DNA of 64,000 nucleotides, from positions 5,518,001 to 5,582,000 of the forward strand of contig NC_043006.1 of NCBI RefSeq assembly GCF_006345805.1, given 5' to 3'. Positions 37,761 through 51,639 of this stretch are shown here, one piece after another. Origin of the DNA: Octopus sinensis. Taxonomy: Eukaryota. The notes under the pieces were generated by a model. That model did no database searches, was not told the origin of the DNA, and was given only the letters and a program-made list of their open reading frames with translations. Numbering within the stretch: the first letter of the stretch is position 1; each line of letters opens with the position of its first letter. Both the position numbers and the translations under genes were made by a program.

Positions 37761-37966
37761 TTTTCGTAACATTAAAGGGAGATAACAACTTTTTATAGCC
37801 CTCTTCATCTGGAACTGTTGAGTCTTGTGGTAGATGTGCGAAAAGTTTGGACAAATCTGATTTCTGGGCGTCTCCAGGACAAAGGACGTGTCTATGTTTT
37901 TTGTAAGCATCGAATTTGGTACCGTACAAGAAATACAAGTCACACATTTCGTCCGAATGGTCGTTA
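37761..37966 (-). CDS. Candidate coding exon of an unidentified gene
   Basis: Strong acceptor tttctattttag; 68 open codons NDHSDEMCDLYFLYGTKFD...; weak donor AA|GTACTT. Confidence 0.3.
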
Positions 37967-38002
37967 CTAAAATAGAAAGTACAAATTATAAACGACTGAC
38001 AA

Positions 38003-38389
38003 TCTTTATATATAAAAGTAAGGTTGTGTGCTGTCTGTCTCCTACGATTTAGATTCCTGACTACTCCCACATTTTGCGGTGCAGTTTAACCAAAACCGGG
38101 TATCTTATAGTCGTGATTCATATCGAGCCCTTCTGGATATTAGCGCGCGTCTACGATGAGTCTACGATTTAAAAAAAAAATTACCATCATTTTTTCCATT
38201 TTAATGCATTTTTTCGCTATTATATAAGGGAAGTAACTCTCTAAAAATGTCTACGATGAGTCAACGATTTAAAAAAAAATTTTACCATTTTTAATGCATT
38301 TTTTTGCTATTTTTTGGCTATAACTCTCTAAAAATGGTTATATAGTTATTTCCCTTACAAACCCGAGCAACGCCGGGCGATACTGCTAG
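38003..38389 (+). mobile_element. Non-autonomous Helitron
   Basis: A|TC...hairpin...CTAG|T. Confidence 0.85.
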
Positions 38390-38391
38390 TA

Positions 38392-38625
38392 AATAATAAT
38401 AGTAAAGGTTGATTTCAAATGTTGGCACTAGGCCAGTCGTTCCGGAGGAAGGGGTGAGTCGATTACATCGACCCCCTAGTGCTAGATGCTACTTATTTTA
38501 TCGACCCGGGAAGGATGAAAAGCAAACTCGAACTCAATGGAATTCGAACTCAGTACGTAAAGACGGACTAAGTGCCGCTAAGCATTTTTTCCCGGCGTGC
38601 TAACGATTCTGCCAGCTCGCAGCCT
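38392..38625 (-). mobile_element. Diverged SINE C-related element
   Basis: Minus head gctggcagaatcgttagcacgccggg; related central domain. Confidence 0.7.
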
Positions 38626-40313
38626 TCAATTATGGTAAAGATTAAGAATTTTGTGTAATCTCAATATATATCTTATTTTCGTGTTTCGATTTAATAATTG
38701 CTTATTTGCCGAGGTAGTTTTAATGAATTCCACTTAAATTTGTATTCATATTCCATGAGAAAACGTACTTAAAAAGCTTGAAGAAAATCGGTGTGCATTA
38801 AAAAATGCCAAGATGCAAATTTTTATGTTCTTTAGGTTTCACTTCAGTGATCCAGAATTGAAACATGAATCATGTACCGATATTGACGCATTCGATTATA
38901 CACTTCTCATAATCTAATCGATTATAAATATTGTAGATTATGCTAATCATTACTGGATTAAATGTATTACATTTAATGCGATAATGATTATGACATATAT
39001 GATCTGGTACTGATCATCATATATGTCTAATTATCTAATAAATATATGTCTAATTATCTAATAAATGAATAATATTTCTGTTTTAATTGTAGTACTAAAC
39101 AAATTAATGAAAACAAAGATGGCCTCTTGGAGCTTATCAGCGACAGCTTTAGTCTTATATTTATAGACTGCCATATTATTATGGCGATAACTATTAATAT
39201 CCAGTAACGCTGCCGTAATCTCCTTTAGAGAGACTTAGTAATTTTAATATTTCTATAAAAGATATTTCAGTTAACTTGTTCAGTGAATGTCTGCCACACA
39301 TAATGATATTCATAGTTTCTCCTACAGAAATTGTTGACTCGATTGATTTCTGTGCAACATTTTATCAATAAAAATTGAATAAATGCAGCTGCCTGGCAGT
39401 AAACAAGTAAAGGTATCGGAACGATGCTTTCACTATTCATGACTGTCCGGTTTGCAATCCCTCCTCTCACTAAGTCATTATCTCAAAAAAGTTTTTGATT
39501 TAGTCACGTGATGATATGTAAATTCTTTCACAAATGTCAGCTTTTGGATATAATTTTAAACGAATGTAGTTAAAATTTAAAAAACAATTAAGCTACAATA
39601 ATATAGTTAAGAAAGTTTTAACAAAATTCAGCACAATATAACTACAATATACTAAATTTCACATAATCCAAAGATTATTATAATCCGGTTTCATTCATGG
39701 GTGAGTGGATAATTCGCCACCATTCCCCTGACACCCAAAAATGTCTCAGAGGATCGTCCATTCCTATGATTCACCTTTGTTTGAGATATTTTATTACCAT
39801 TGTATTTCTGTTAGATTCTTTAGACTGTAGTCCCACTAAAATAATTACATTCATTAATCATAAGGTGCCCCTTTTTGGTGAATGGCTCTAAGTTGTTCCA
39901 ACTTGCATTGTATGATAGAACTCGAGCAGATTTATACCCTATATCCAGCATTTAGTTAACTGGGAAAACGAGAACCAATTCCTTAGATAACTTACTTCAA
40001 TGTCTATAAAATTATCAATTCGTAATATTTCAAATTATAGGATTATCAAAATCCTGTAACGATTGGCAGATTATAGTTTCGACAGTTAAATTTTACCTAG
40101 TGTTATGCGGGGTACTTACCCAAACTTAACATCCCTTCTATTCGGGTTGGTTAATGTACAGCGCATTATCTGCAATAAATGATAATTATGCGTTAGATAT
40201 TCAAAGTTCATAAATAATAGTTTTCTCTAAAAAAACATCGCATTATGATAAAGATAAATCTAGAATTTCTACGTTCATATTTCGTGGTCACTTTTTGGAA
40301 ATATACAAGTGTA

Positions 40314-40548
40314 CAGTAATCCCTCGACTATTGCAGGTGTTACGTTTCAAAACACCCCGCGATATGGGAAAATCTGCGAAGTAGAAACAGTACTGTACAT
40401 TTTTTATTAGTATTATTTTAATAATTTGTATATATTTATTTTATTATTAATGCAAAACAACACCACGGATGAATCAGTATAAGCTTAAATAATAAACCGC
40501 GATAGGTGAACCGCGATAGGTGAACTGCGATATGGCGAGGGATTACTG
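40314..40548. mobile_element. Tigger/pogo-like MITE
   Basis: TA|CAGTAATCCC ... GGGATTACTG|TA. Confidence 0.8.
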
Positions 40549-40788
40549 TATATGTACATACGTATATGTGTGTATATATACATGTATACATACACGCATA
40601 TATATATGTGTATGTATATATATATTTGTGTGTGTGTGTGAGAGAGTGTGAGTGTGTGTGTGCGATTGCGTATGCGTATGATGTGGATTCTGTGAAAGGT
40701 GTGAATGGTTAAACGTTTATACATAGATTTTTTTCTGGAGTTAGTGTCTTTGCGTTGGTGTGTGTTTGTGTGTGTGTGTATGTGTGTC

Positions 40789-40822
<34 letters not shown>

Positions 40823-41067
40823 TGTGCGTTTGTGTGTGTGTGTGTGCCTGTACGGACATCCAAGTCCAGTCACTTTATTTTGGGAAGAGGCTGGCCACAT
40901 TACAAGTTTATTAAATAACTGGATAAGCTTAAAGAATTGAATAGTCAAGACTAAAATTGCCATTTAATCATTAAGCTTTATTAGTCATGACTCATCAAGT
41001 GTTAAACAGCAAAAACAATTGCAAAGGGAAGAAAATCTTAGCCAACCAGTTTGTGATTTAACTGAGA

Positions 41068-41425
41068 CTAGCAGTATCGCCCGGCGTTGCTCGGGTTTGT
41101 TTCGAACCTTTATAATTGGAATTTTTGAAATAGGTGAACATTTTTCTGGTTGAAATACACCGAAAAATGGCAACACAGCAGTCAAAAAAATCGTTAAAAA
41201 ATAGGGATTTTCATAGAAAAAAAAGCACCCTTTTGATGTAAATAATTTTTGGTGTTAACATGGTCTGATTTGATTTTTTACTTCTACGGAATGAAGAGCA
41301 AGCCTTCTTCTATCATACTCTCAATTTTGGTCAACTTGCGCCGCAGGGTCTCGGAGGAGATAGTGTTAGTTGAAGGCTACCAAAACTGCCATACACAGAC
41401 AACTTCAGCTTTATATAGAGAGAGA
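41068..41425 (-). mobile_element. Non-autonomous Helitron with a distinct interior
   Basis: Same 3' end as the other copies; 5' a|tctctctctatataaa. Confidence 0.8.
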
Positions 41426-42055
41426 TAAGAAGAAAATGGAGTAAAAGATAATCATTTCTCTAAGTAACAAATCAAATTTGCGGCGTTTTTGAGACTTGAC
41501 TGAAGCAAAGTCGTGATTGAACAGGGAAGGGCATAACTCACTAAAAATTGATGGACAGCTTTCATATTAGAAATATAAAAAAAATATATCGAAATATTAG
41601 CAGAAGAATACTTTTACAGCTCCTATGTAATGTCTGGCGAAACCGCAGTTGCTACAAAGAAAGTACACCTAAACACAGATTGTCTGCTGTTATTTAAAAG
41701 ACTATTTACTTCAAGAGGAAGACAAACATAAGTTGATTCCTTACCAAAATATCGGTGCTTTGTAAAGTTATATTCCGAGAAGAAATGTCGATAGTTACCT
41801 AGAAAGTAAATGTAAAGTAAAACATACATCAAATATGATTCAGAATAGATGGATGGACGATTAGTTCTATGTGTGTAAATGCATACATACATACATACAT
41901 ACATACATACATACATACATACACACACATACATATACATACATACATACACACACACACATACCCAAACACACACGCACACACACATACATACACACAC
42001 ACACATACATACACACACATACATACATACATACATACATACATACATACATACA

Positions 42056-42086
<31 letters not shown>

Positions 42087-42188
42087 TTTAAAATATTAAA
42101 AGTGAGAGAAGTCATGCTTCTTCATTCATATTATTCGAACACGTTTCTAATCTGTTGCTGGGCCGATACCGACAAATTGTAGATATGT

Positions 42189-43950
42189 ATGAAACAATAT
42201 TGCTCTGTTTTCAGCAATCCTGATATGACTGATCTGGACTGTATCAGTGATGTTACTCCCCAATACACTTTATCGGACATAACATTTGGCGCTCCTGATG
42301 TCTTAGCAGCAATAAAGGAAATGAAGCATAATTCAGCAGTAGGTCCCGATAGGTTCCCTGCTTGTGTCTTGAAGATGTGTCAAAACCAACTTGCTCCCCC
42401 TCTAGCCAATCTGTGGCGGAACTCACTGGATGCTGGATATATACCAGAAGACCTTCTATCCCAGTCTGTTGTCCCAGTTTTCAAAAAAGGAAACAAATCG
42501 CTTGTCGTGAATTACCGTCCAATCTCACTCACCTCTCATATCATCAAGGTATTTGAGAGGGTGCTGAGATCGCGTATGACTCACTTCCTTGAGAGTCATA
42601 ATATGCTGAACCCCAACCAGCATGGATTCCGTAATGGGAGAGATTGCCTGACGCAGCTACTGCATCATTTTGATGACATTTTGAGAGCCTTGGGAGAAGG
42701 TTCCAACACTGATGTCATCTACCTTGATTTCAGCAAGGCCTTTGACAGGGTTGATCATAAGATCCTTCTGAGAAAGCTGTCCAATATTGGTGTCACTGGA
42801 AAGCTGCTGCAGTGGATCAAGTGCTTCCTGTCTAACAGAACCCAACATGTTGTAGTCGAAGGAGTCAAATCCAGCCCAGCCAAAGTCAGCAGTGGTGTCC
42901 CACAAGGCACTGTGTTGGGCCCACTTCTCTTCATCATCTACATAAATGATATTACTGACACCATCAAACACAGTAACATCAGAACCTTCGCTGATGATTC
43001 CAAGCTCCAGAAGGTCATCAATGGCGTGGATGACCGAATAAACCTTCAGTCAGACCTACTGGCTGTTGTCCAATGGGCGGAAAAGAATAACATGTTGCTA
43101 AATGAAGACAAATTTGAACTGATCCACTTTGGAAGGGAGGACGCTCTGAAACTCCCATACTCTCTTCCTTCTGGAGAAATTCTCATGGCATCCAACAACA
43201 TCAGAGACCTGGGAGTAACAGTGGACAACAGCATAAGCTGGGCTATACATATAAGCAGCAAAGTTGACATGGCCCGCAGAATGTGTTCCTGGATTCTCAG
43301 AACCTTCCAGTCGAGAGATTCCCACGCTATTATCCTTCTCTTCTCCACTTGCCCGACCCCACCTTGAATACTGCTGTCCACTGTGGTCTCCCTACACAAA
43401 ACAAAATATTATGAGAATTGAAGCTCCCCAAAGGTCAATCACAAAAAAGATAGATGGCATGTCAGACCTTGACTACTGGGGTAGACTAGAGAAGCTGAAA
43501 TTGTATTCACTCCAACGACTCCGTGAACGCTACATTATCTGTATGATGTGGAAAATATTCCATCAGCACTGTCCGAATGATGTTGGCATCACCTTCAAAA
43601 TGCATTGAAGGCTTGGACCACGTGCCATCCGTCCACAACAAAAATCTAAATCGCATCACATAACGACAATACGGCACAACTATTTCACCTCAATTGGACC
43701 TGCTCTCTTCAACATTACACCAGGACACGTCAAAAAAGAAACTGACCACACAAAATTCAAGAAGTCTTTGGACAAATTCCTTCAAACAGTACCGGACAAA
43801 CCACCCACACCCGGATATGTCTCCGCAAACAATAATTCTCTGCTCGAATGGGCCTTGGTGCCCAAATCCTGAACTGAAAGACTTCGCCAGGTGGTGCTAT
43901 TAAGTTAGACATGGCCTGGGCCAATACTGGCCAAAACCTTTCTAAGTTAT
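42189..43950 (+). mobile_element. 5'-truncated CR1-group LINE with reverse transcriptase
   Basis: 392-codon ORF with NYRPISLT, QHGFR, DFSKAFD, GVPQGTVLGPLLF, FADD; frameshift near 43350 into ARPHLEYCCPLWSP; 3' UTR then (TA)n. Confidence 0.95.
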
Positions 43951-44209
43951 ATATATATATATATATAATGGAAATATGTTACAAAAAGAAAATAGAAACT
44001 ACACGTGGAAATGTAAGGGGAAAATAAGAAAAATTAACGAAAATGCACATTGTAAATAAAACAAGAAAAAAGCTTTTTATGAAAGGTAACGACAGATATA
44101 TACAATTAGATGAGCTGAGGTAGGAATAAAAGTAATAAAAGTTATGAGTCATTATTATGAGATTATTGAAGAGATTCAAGCATATCGCGGTTCGTAAGAC
44201 TAGTCATTG

Positions 44210-44257
<48 letters not shown>

Positions 44258-44438
44258 ATAGAGGGAGAGAAGAACAGTTTACAAAAACCAAACCTCATGC
44301 GAGTTGAATGGCCGTTGTTTTTAAATAAAACAAGTGCATTTTTAACTGCTCTTCTCCCAATTCTACAGAATCAAACGCTTTTGTCAGATCAATAAAATCT
44401 TAATATAAGTCCATATCGACGCACGTTTCTTGTAGCCA

Positions 44439-44868
44439 TACTCTTTACTCTTTTACTCTTTTACTTGTTTCAGTCATTTGACTGCGGCCATGCTGTAGCA
44501 CCGTCTTTAGTCGAGCAAATCGACCCCAGGACTTATTCTTTGTAAGCCCAATACTTATTCTATCGGTCTCTTTTGCCGAACCGCTAAGATACGGGGACGT
44601 AAACACACCAGCATCGGTTGTCAAGCAATGCTAGGGGGACAAACACAAACACACAAACACACACACACACATACACATATATATATATATATATATACAT
44701 ATATACGACAGGCTTCTTTCAGTTTCCGTCTACCAAATCCACTCACAAGGCATTGGTCGGCCCGGGGCTATAGCAGAAGACACTTGCCCAAGATGCCACG
44801 CAGTGGGACTGAACCCGGAACCATGTGGTTGGTTAGCAAGCTACTTACCACACAGCCACTCCTGCGCC
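44439..44868 (-). mobile_element. SINE family A
   Basis: Full-length reverse copy. Confidence 0.9.
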
Positions 44869-45410
44869 TAAATGTCATATACTTAGTACTCCTACCACCT
44901 CTAAATCCTGGTAAAACCGCATTACCTATGTGCAGATGCAATCTATCCAGCGTTAACCTACAAAGTACATTTCCAGCCACAGCTAACAGACAGATGCCAT
45001 GAAAACTATTGCAGACATTCTTTCCACCTTTCGATTTATAGAGTATCCCCATAATCGCATCACGCCAATCCTGAGGGACCACTTCGCTGTACCAAATCCT
45101 CTGAATCACGCCCGCCAACATTGTATAGAGATATTCACCACCATATTTATATATTTCTGCACCTAATCCATACATACCAGGGGCCTTTCCATTGTTCAAT
45201 TTCATGATAGCCGCTTTTATTTCAGCCAGGTTTAGAACCTATGGTAAAAATGGTTTTGTTGGTCTTTCAGATATATTATCAAGAATAAAGGGAATAACTT
45301 CGTGGGTCTATTGAGCAACTCATCAAAGTGCCTTTTCCATCTCTCAACAAGTGGAGCAAACGTTGATGAAGTTAAACCATAAACTTTTTCAAAAAAGTTC
45401 TGAATTGTTA
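44869..45410 (-). mobile_element. RTE LINE RT fragment
   Basis: KLNNGKAPG..GLGAEIYK...VPQDWRDA..LYKSKG...GICLL..GFRGGRST. Confidence 0.88.
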
Positions 45411-45522
45411 GTATTTGAAGCTTCTTGAATTTCATCGCATCACACCACACATTTTACATACATGCAAACATACATACATACATACATACATACATACATA
45501 CATACATACATACATACATACA

Positions 45523-45555
<33 letters not shown>

Positions 45556-45779
45556 GAAAGAATGGAGCTGAACGACGAATTAACAAAATTCCTTTATTTT
45601 CGACATATGTTTCTGATGTGAATTTGCTACCCAGGTATCGGTTAATTCGAATTATCCTTAATTAGATAATTCATTCAACTACTCAAATATACATACATAC
45701 ATATACATACTTATGTAAGTATACATGTATATATATACATATTACACTCACACACACATATATACACTCAGTGTTACTC

Positions 45780-45814
<35 letters not shown>

Positions 45815-46706
45815 AATGAACATGATGAAGGTGAAGAGGACATGTACGAACGCATATTAAATGTTGACGGTGTATATTAACCGTACTTTAAATGCTATAT
45901 ACAATTTATATACATAGTTATTTTGAAATGTGTGTGACTTACTTCGGGGTAAGCGGGGTCTGCTCGGAGTAGCTCGATGAAATGATTATTTCGATAAATA
46001 TAACCAGTGATTGCCGTAGCTAAAACAAACAAATAGTAAAAAAAAAAATGTATTTGAAAAATATCTAAGTGGATGTCAAATTATCACTTTTATTAATGTG
46101 GTTACAAAATCAAGTCTACTAATAAAAACATGGTTTTACGATTTTTTTTATTTAAATAAACAGTTTATTAAAAGCTTTTTCAACATCGATGATCATTGTT
46201 TATAATCAATGTAACTGACTTTAGAGGACGTTCGTCTTCAACACTTACCCATTGTGTGAGAATGGATAGATATACCATAGAGTGGCGTATCGTCAAATGG
46301 CCACCAACAAAATGCGTCTGCTGTGAAGTCTATAAAAGGAAAAAAAATTCTTTAAATTCATTCTGAAAGATTATAGAAATTATTTGTTGCCTAGATACAC
46401 ATGATCAAAAATAATTAAATAGTTAGGATGTCAGATTTTCAACTGATATTCTAGTATATATAATCCGCTACAAGATATACACTTTATTCGTATTCATAAC
46501 CACAGTACACGCAAGGACAATATGGTGAGGTTGAACCGAGAAGTGACTGTGACACTCTACACCACTTAGATGAAAGAAAAAAGTGGGGAGGCTGTTTATA
46601 TATCAACCATTTGCAAGTATATCGAGATATGATGTTATGTTGCTTTTGTGTCAAGACACTACAATGTGATCTATCTGCCAATAACATTGTTTAAAATACT
46701 TAATAT

Positions 46707-46945
46707 TCTTTTATTCTTTTACTCTTTTATTCTTTTCCTTGTTTCAGTCGTTTGACTGCGGCCAGGCTGGAGCACCGCTTTTAGTCGAGCAAACCGACCC
46801 CAGGACTTACTTATTCTTTGTAAGCCTAGTACATATTCTATCGGACCCTTTTGCCGAACCGCTAAGTTATGGGGATGTAAACACACCAGCATCGGTTGTC
46901 AAGCGATGTTGGGGGCACAAACACAGACACACAAACGCACACAAA

Positions 46946-47025
<80 letters not shown>

Positions 47026-47657
47026 CACGATGGGCTTCTTTCAGTTTCCGTCTACCAAATCCACTCACAAGGCTTTGGTCGGCCCGAGGCTATAATAGAA
47101 GACACTTGCCCAAGATGCCACGCAGTGGGACTGAACCCGGAACCATGTGGTTGGTAAGCAAGCTACTTACCACACAGCCACTCCTGCGCCTATATTCATA
47201 ATTTTTATAATTCACTTTTTTCATTTTATTTTACCCATATCTTTAAATTAACATAGTGTTACATCGTATCAACTAATTCTTAGTTTGTAATTTCTCTGAA
47301 CACATGTCTTTTAAATACCTAAGTCTAATGACTAGTAAAGAAATAGTTAAACAAGGTTGTTGATGGCTAGTAGAGAAGTCACCGGCTGAAGTGTCGGTGG
47401 TTTGAATGTTGTTAGCTGTACATTTTAGTTAAGCCATATCTTGACTTTTATTCTTTCTTTTATTCTTTTACTTGTTTCAGTCATTTGACTGCGGCCATGC
47501 TGGAGCACGCCTTTAATCGAGCAACTCGACCCCAGTACTTATTCTATCGGTCTCTTTTGCCGAACCGCTAAGTAACGGGGACATAAACACACCAGCATCG
47601 GTTGTCAAGCAATGCTAGGAGGACAAACACAGACACAAACACACACACTTATATATA

Positions 47658-47704
<47 letters not shown>

Positions 47705-48328
47705 CACGATGGGCTTCTTTCAGTTTCCGTCTACCAAATCCACTCACAAGGCTTTGGTCGGCCCGAGGCTATAATAGAAGACACTTGCCCAAGATGCCAC
47801 GCAGTGGGACTGAACCCGGAACCATGTGGTTGGTAAGCAAGCTACTTACCACACAGCCACTCCTGCGCCTATATTCATAATTTTTATAATTCACTTTTTT
47901 CATTTTATTTTACCCATATCTTTAAATTAACATAGTGTTACATCGTATCAACTAATTCTTAGTTTGTAATTTCTCTGAACACATGTCTTTTAAATACCTA
48001 AGTCTAATGACTAGTAAAGAAATAGTTAAACAAGGTTGTTGATGGCTAGTAGAGAAGTCAACCGGCTGAAGTGTCGGTGGTTTGAATGTTGTTAGCTGTA
48101 CATTTTAGTTAAGCCATATCTTGACTTTTATTCTTTCTTTTATTCTTTTACTTGTTTCAGTCATTTGACTGCGGCCATGCTGGAGCACCGCCTTTAATCG
48201 AGCAACTCGACCCCAGTACTTATTCTATCGGTCTCTTTTGCCGAACCGCTAAGTAACGGGGACATAAACACACCAGCATCGGTTGTCAAGCAATGCTAGG
48301 AGGACAAACACAGACACAAACACACACA

Positions 48329-48366
<38 letters not shown>

Positions 48367-48531
48367 TACGACGGGCTTTTTGCAGTTTCCGTCTACCAAA
48401 TCCACTCACAAGGCTTTGGTCGGCCCGAGGCTATAGTAGAAGACACTTGCCCAAGGTGCTACGCAGTGGGACTGAACCCGGAACCATGTTGTTGGTAAAC
48501 AAGCTACTTACCACACAGCCACTCCTGCGCC
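46707..48531 (-). mobile_element. Three SINE A copies (46707-47190, 47445-47869, 48125-48531) in a 679-680-bp tandem duplication
   Basis: Unique spacer 47191-47444 recurs at 47870-48124 with a 1-bp indel. Confidence 0.9.
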
Positions 48532-48859
48532 TATTCTCTAAAAATTCTCCTTATTCAACGTGACTGTATATACGTAAGCATTTGCAGTAAAGCAGGAAAA
48601 TTCGTTGCCTCAAAACTCAAAACTCTAAACTCAACATTCGGTTCTTCAGATGTGTTTCCCATCGAAATAGATCAGAGGTTTTTCTGAAGATGGCTACAAT
48701 TATTCCGAAGATACATTACTTATATAACCCATTTTATTCAATAGTATAAATAAAAATTGGTTGTTTTGATGATTTTAACAAATGTTCCTAAAACATTATA
48801 AATGTAATGTGATTGTAAATGTTCGAACATGCTCAAAATTAATGTCATAGAATTCTTAC

Positions 48860-48924
48860 CTTTTGCATTAGCAGGAATATATCCGATCATGCCATAAATG
48901 GCTATATCTGACCGATAGGTAGGC
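48860..48924 (-). CDS. Candidate exon (PTYRSDIAIYGMIGYIPANAK), SPRY-like gene fragment
   Basis: Acceptor ttcctttctag, donor AAG|GTAAGA; one open frame, in frame with the upstream candidate exon. Confidence 0.4.
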
Positions 48925-49020
48925 CTAGAAAGGAAATTATATATTTTGTTATGATATTCTCATGTTAAATATAAGGAAATGTTATTTGTTTGTGTAAAAA
49001 CATAACATTGCCAAACTTAC

Positions 49021-49109
49021 TTTCTGTCTGTGAGTCCGATCCGAATTCCAGTGCTATTAAAGGACGAGGTACTTTCGACTCGAAAATGAAAAGAAATTCC
49101 AGAATACAG
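49021..49109 (-). CDS. Candidate exon (LYSGISFHFRVESTSSFNSTGIRIGLTDR), SPRY-like; acceptor uncertain
   Basis: Donor AA|GTAAGT; 96-nt intron to the next candidate keeps the frame. Confidence 0.35.
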
Positions 49110-49659
49110 CTCACAGTTGTATGAAAATGAGATATGCATTTGAATATTATCATTGTTATCATTTATCGAGCATATTAAGGTATGTTTTGTATGATTATTT
49201 ATACAATAGTATATCAATCTTCAAGTCTACATTGGTAAATAACTACATAACAAGGGCTACAACGCAGCCGATTAAAATATTGCAATACTTTTACTAAAAA
49301 TAAAATTTACAAACATATGTACAACCGATTTACAAATTGTTCAGAGTTGTCAAAAGAAAGATTAGGTATAATGGATGTAGACATTAAGTGGTTTTTGTAC
49401 ATTTCGCAATTATCTCGAACAACTTGTCTATATCTCGCTTCAATTAGGATTAAACGTACGTAACGAAAATCCAGTATAATTCGGTTTCGTTGCATCTGCA
49501 GGAGTTTAGATCACTTGTTGAAGCCATGTCGCCGATTCACATTTTAAATCATATATGTATGACAACACAGATAAACCGTTTCAGATTCGGAAAGTCAAAA
49601 GGGTTGATCTGAAAGAAATCTTCCAGAAAATTAGAAGAATCTGTCGTATAACTCCTTAA

Positions 49660-49714
49660 ATCCTTAAAAATGTTTTAGCCCGAAGGCCGCGGCCATGCTG
49701 GGGCACCACCGCTG
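49660..49714 (-). mobile_element. CR1-group LINE 3' tip, same family as 11441-11744
   Basis: cagcggtggtgccccagcatggccgcggccttcgggctaaaacattt..taagga. Confidence 0.8.
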
Positions 49715-50303
49715 ACGTATGTTGTAAAAGCTTTTACTGAACATTGCAATAATTGTACAGAATGTAGAGTATCGGGCAACAAGATATCCCATTGTGAATG
49801 ATTTAACTTTCTTTAACTTTCATTGGCTAATTTAATACAGTTTCAGATAAGACCATTATAATTTTGGCATTGCGAGACATCAAAGAGTCTATATGACATC
49901 ATCCGTTTAGTAGAAATGGCTATTTAGGGATTGTTTCAACTTGCTAAACAAGGAAGAGCCCATCCCTTGGTGCTACTTTCGAATAAAATAAGAGATGAGT
50001 AAGGCACTTTCTAATAAAAGGAGTCTTGATGTCACTGAATGGATTGACGAATGGAAAACGAGAAATACAAACAGCACATTTGAATAATTAGAACAAAAAA
50101 ATAGTCCTTGAGTTTGTTGATAAGTGTACAAACGCATGGATAGCCTTTATGAAAGAAATATCTTTTGGATGATATAAGGTATGTTTAATTTTATTCCTTA
50201 AATAGTAATTGGAGCAAACTGGGCGTAATTCTTAGAGAGAAAAGAGATTACGTACTTTTATCAAATGAAAACTTCGTACACTCTAGTGTACTAAAGAATT
50301 AAG

Positions 50304-50684
50304 GAGGCGCAATGGCCCAGTGGTTAGGGCAGCGGACTCGCGGTCGTAGGATCGCGGTTTCGATTCCCAGACCGGGCGTTGTGAGTGTTTATTGAGCGAA
50401 AACACCTAAAGCTCCACGAGGCTCCGGCAGGGGATGGTGGTGATCCCTGCTGTACTCTTTCACCACAACTTTCTCTCACTCTTACTTCCTGTTTCTGTTG
50501 TACCTGTATTTTAAAGGGCCGGCCTTGTCACTCTCTGTGTCACGCTGAATATCCCCGAGAACTACGTTAACGGCACACCTGTCTGTGGAGTGCTCAGCCA
50601 CTTACACGTTAATTTCACGAGCAGGCTGTTCCGTTGATTCGGATCAACCGGAACCCTCGTCGTCGTAACCGACGGAGTGCTTCC
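50304..50684 (+). mobile_element. SINE family B, tail type 2, full length
   Basis: 14-bp TSD actaaagaattaag. Confidence 0.92.
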
Positions 50685-51639
50685 ACTAAAGAATTAAGTA
50701 GTAATTTTAAATTCATAGCAGTTGAAATAGTACTATGTGTTATAATATTGTATGGTTGATGGTGAGTAGCTACTTTACGAGCCAAATGTAAAGTTTATAG
50801 TGTTAGGGAAGAAACCCCTATTCTATGGCGTAGGGCTTTTATACTTTTTTTACCACGGTTTTCATCGTCAAACACGAGTGAAATGAATATTTGATGTCTC
50901 AGTAAACTATGTTTTGTGAACAAAGGTTTTTATAGCTTCCGTAATTGTACACATATGCTTCTTTTTTGTCAATATGGTAAGAGTTAATTTTTTCCCTATT
51001 ATTTAAGGATGTTATGAAAAATACACCTGATCTGCACCCTTCTAGCAATGGTATGAAACTTGTTCCTTGAGTAGTATAATTTTATCAGAGGGAAAAGCAA
51101 ACCATTATGGACGGTGTTGATGATCTTTACAGAACTGATATATTATTAGTAAGAGAAATATTTCACTGTTTATTTTTTTTAAATATGAGAAAGAATTCAC
51201 TTGATGTAGTACCAAAAGAAAGCAACAGCAATAATTCTTTATCATTTCAAGGTATTGATAACTCTTCGGTTTGCATTTCAACTTACCTTAGATAACAATA
51301 AACGCTTAATTTGAATGATAAGTCAATTTATCGTAGCTCTCCGCATATAGTCTTTTCTGTTTACTTAAACCTATCCTATCTAACAACGAGTGAAACTCTC
51401 TGTGAACGTTAATTCGATTTAACGCTATTTAATCAATAGACACACGTAAGCCTGGTTTTGTTTCACGACGTAAGTTAAAAAGTGTTTTTTTTTTGGGGTT
51501 TTTTTCTTATCTATCACTGTCTAATTAAAAACTACACTTGACCAAGCTTTGAAAGTACACTTTCTATTTCACTATTTTAGGTTATAATACAACCAGGCCG
51601 GACGATATTTACACTTCTGGTTTAAGAGATGATGAACAT

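Noticed and set aside
46484-46687. Cys-rich 67-aa minus ORF as next exon or ricin-like repeat
   Set aside because: No good donor; the CLDT motif is in a closed frame
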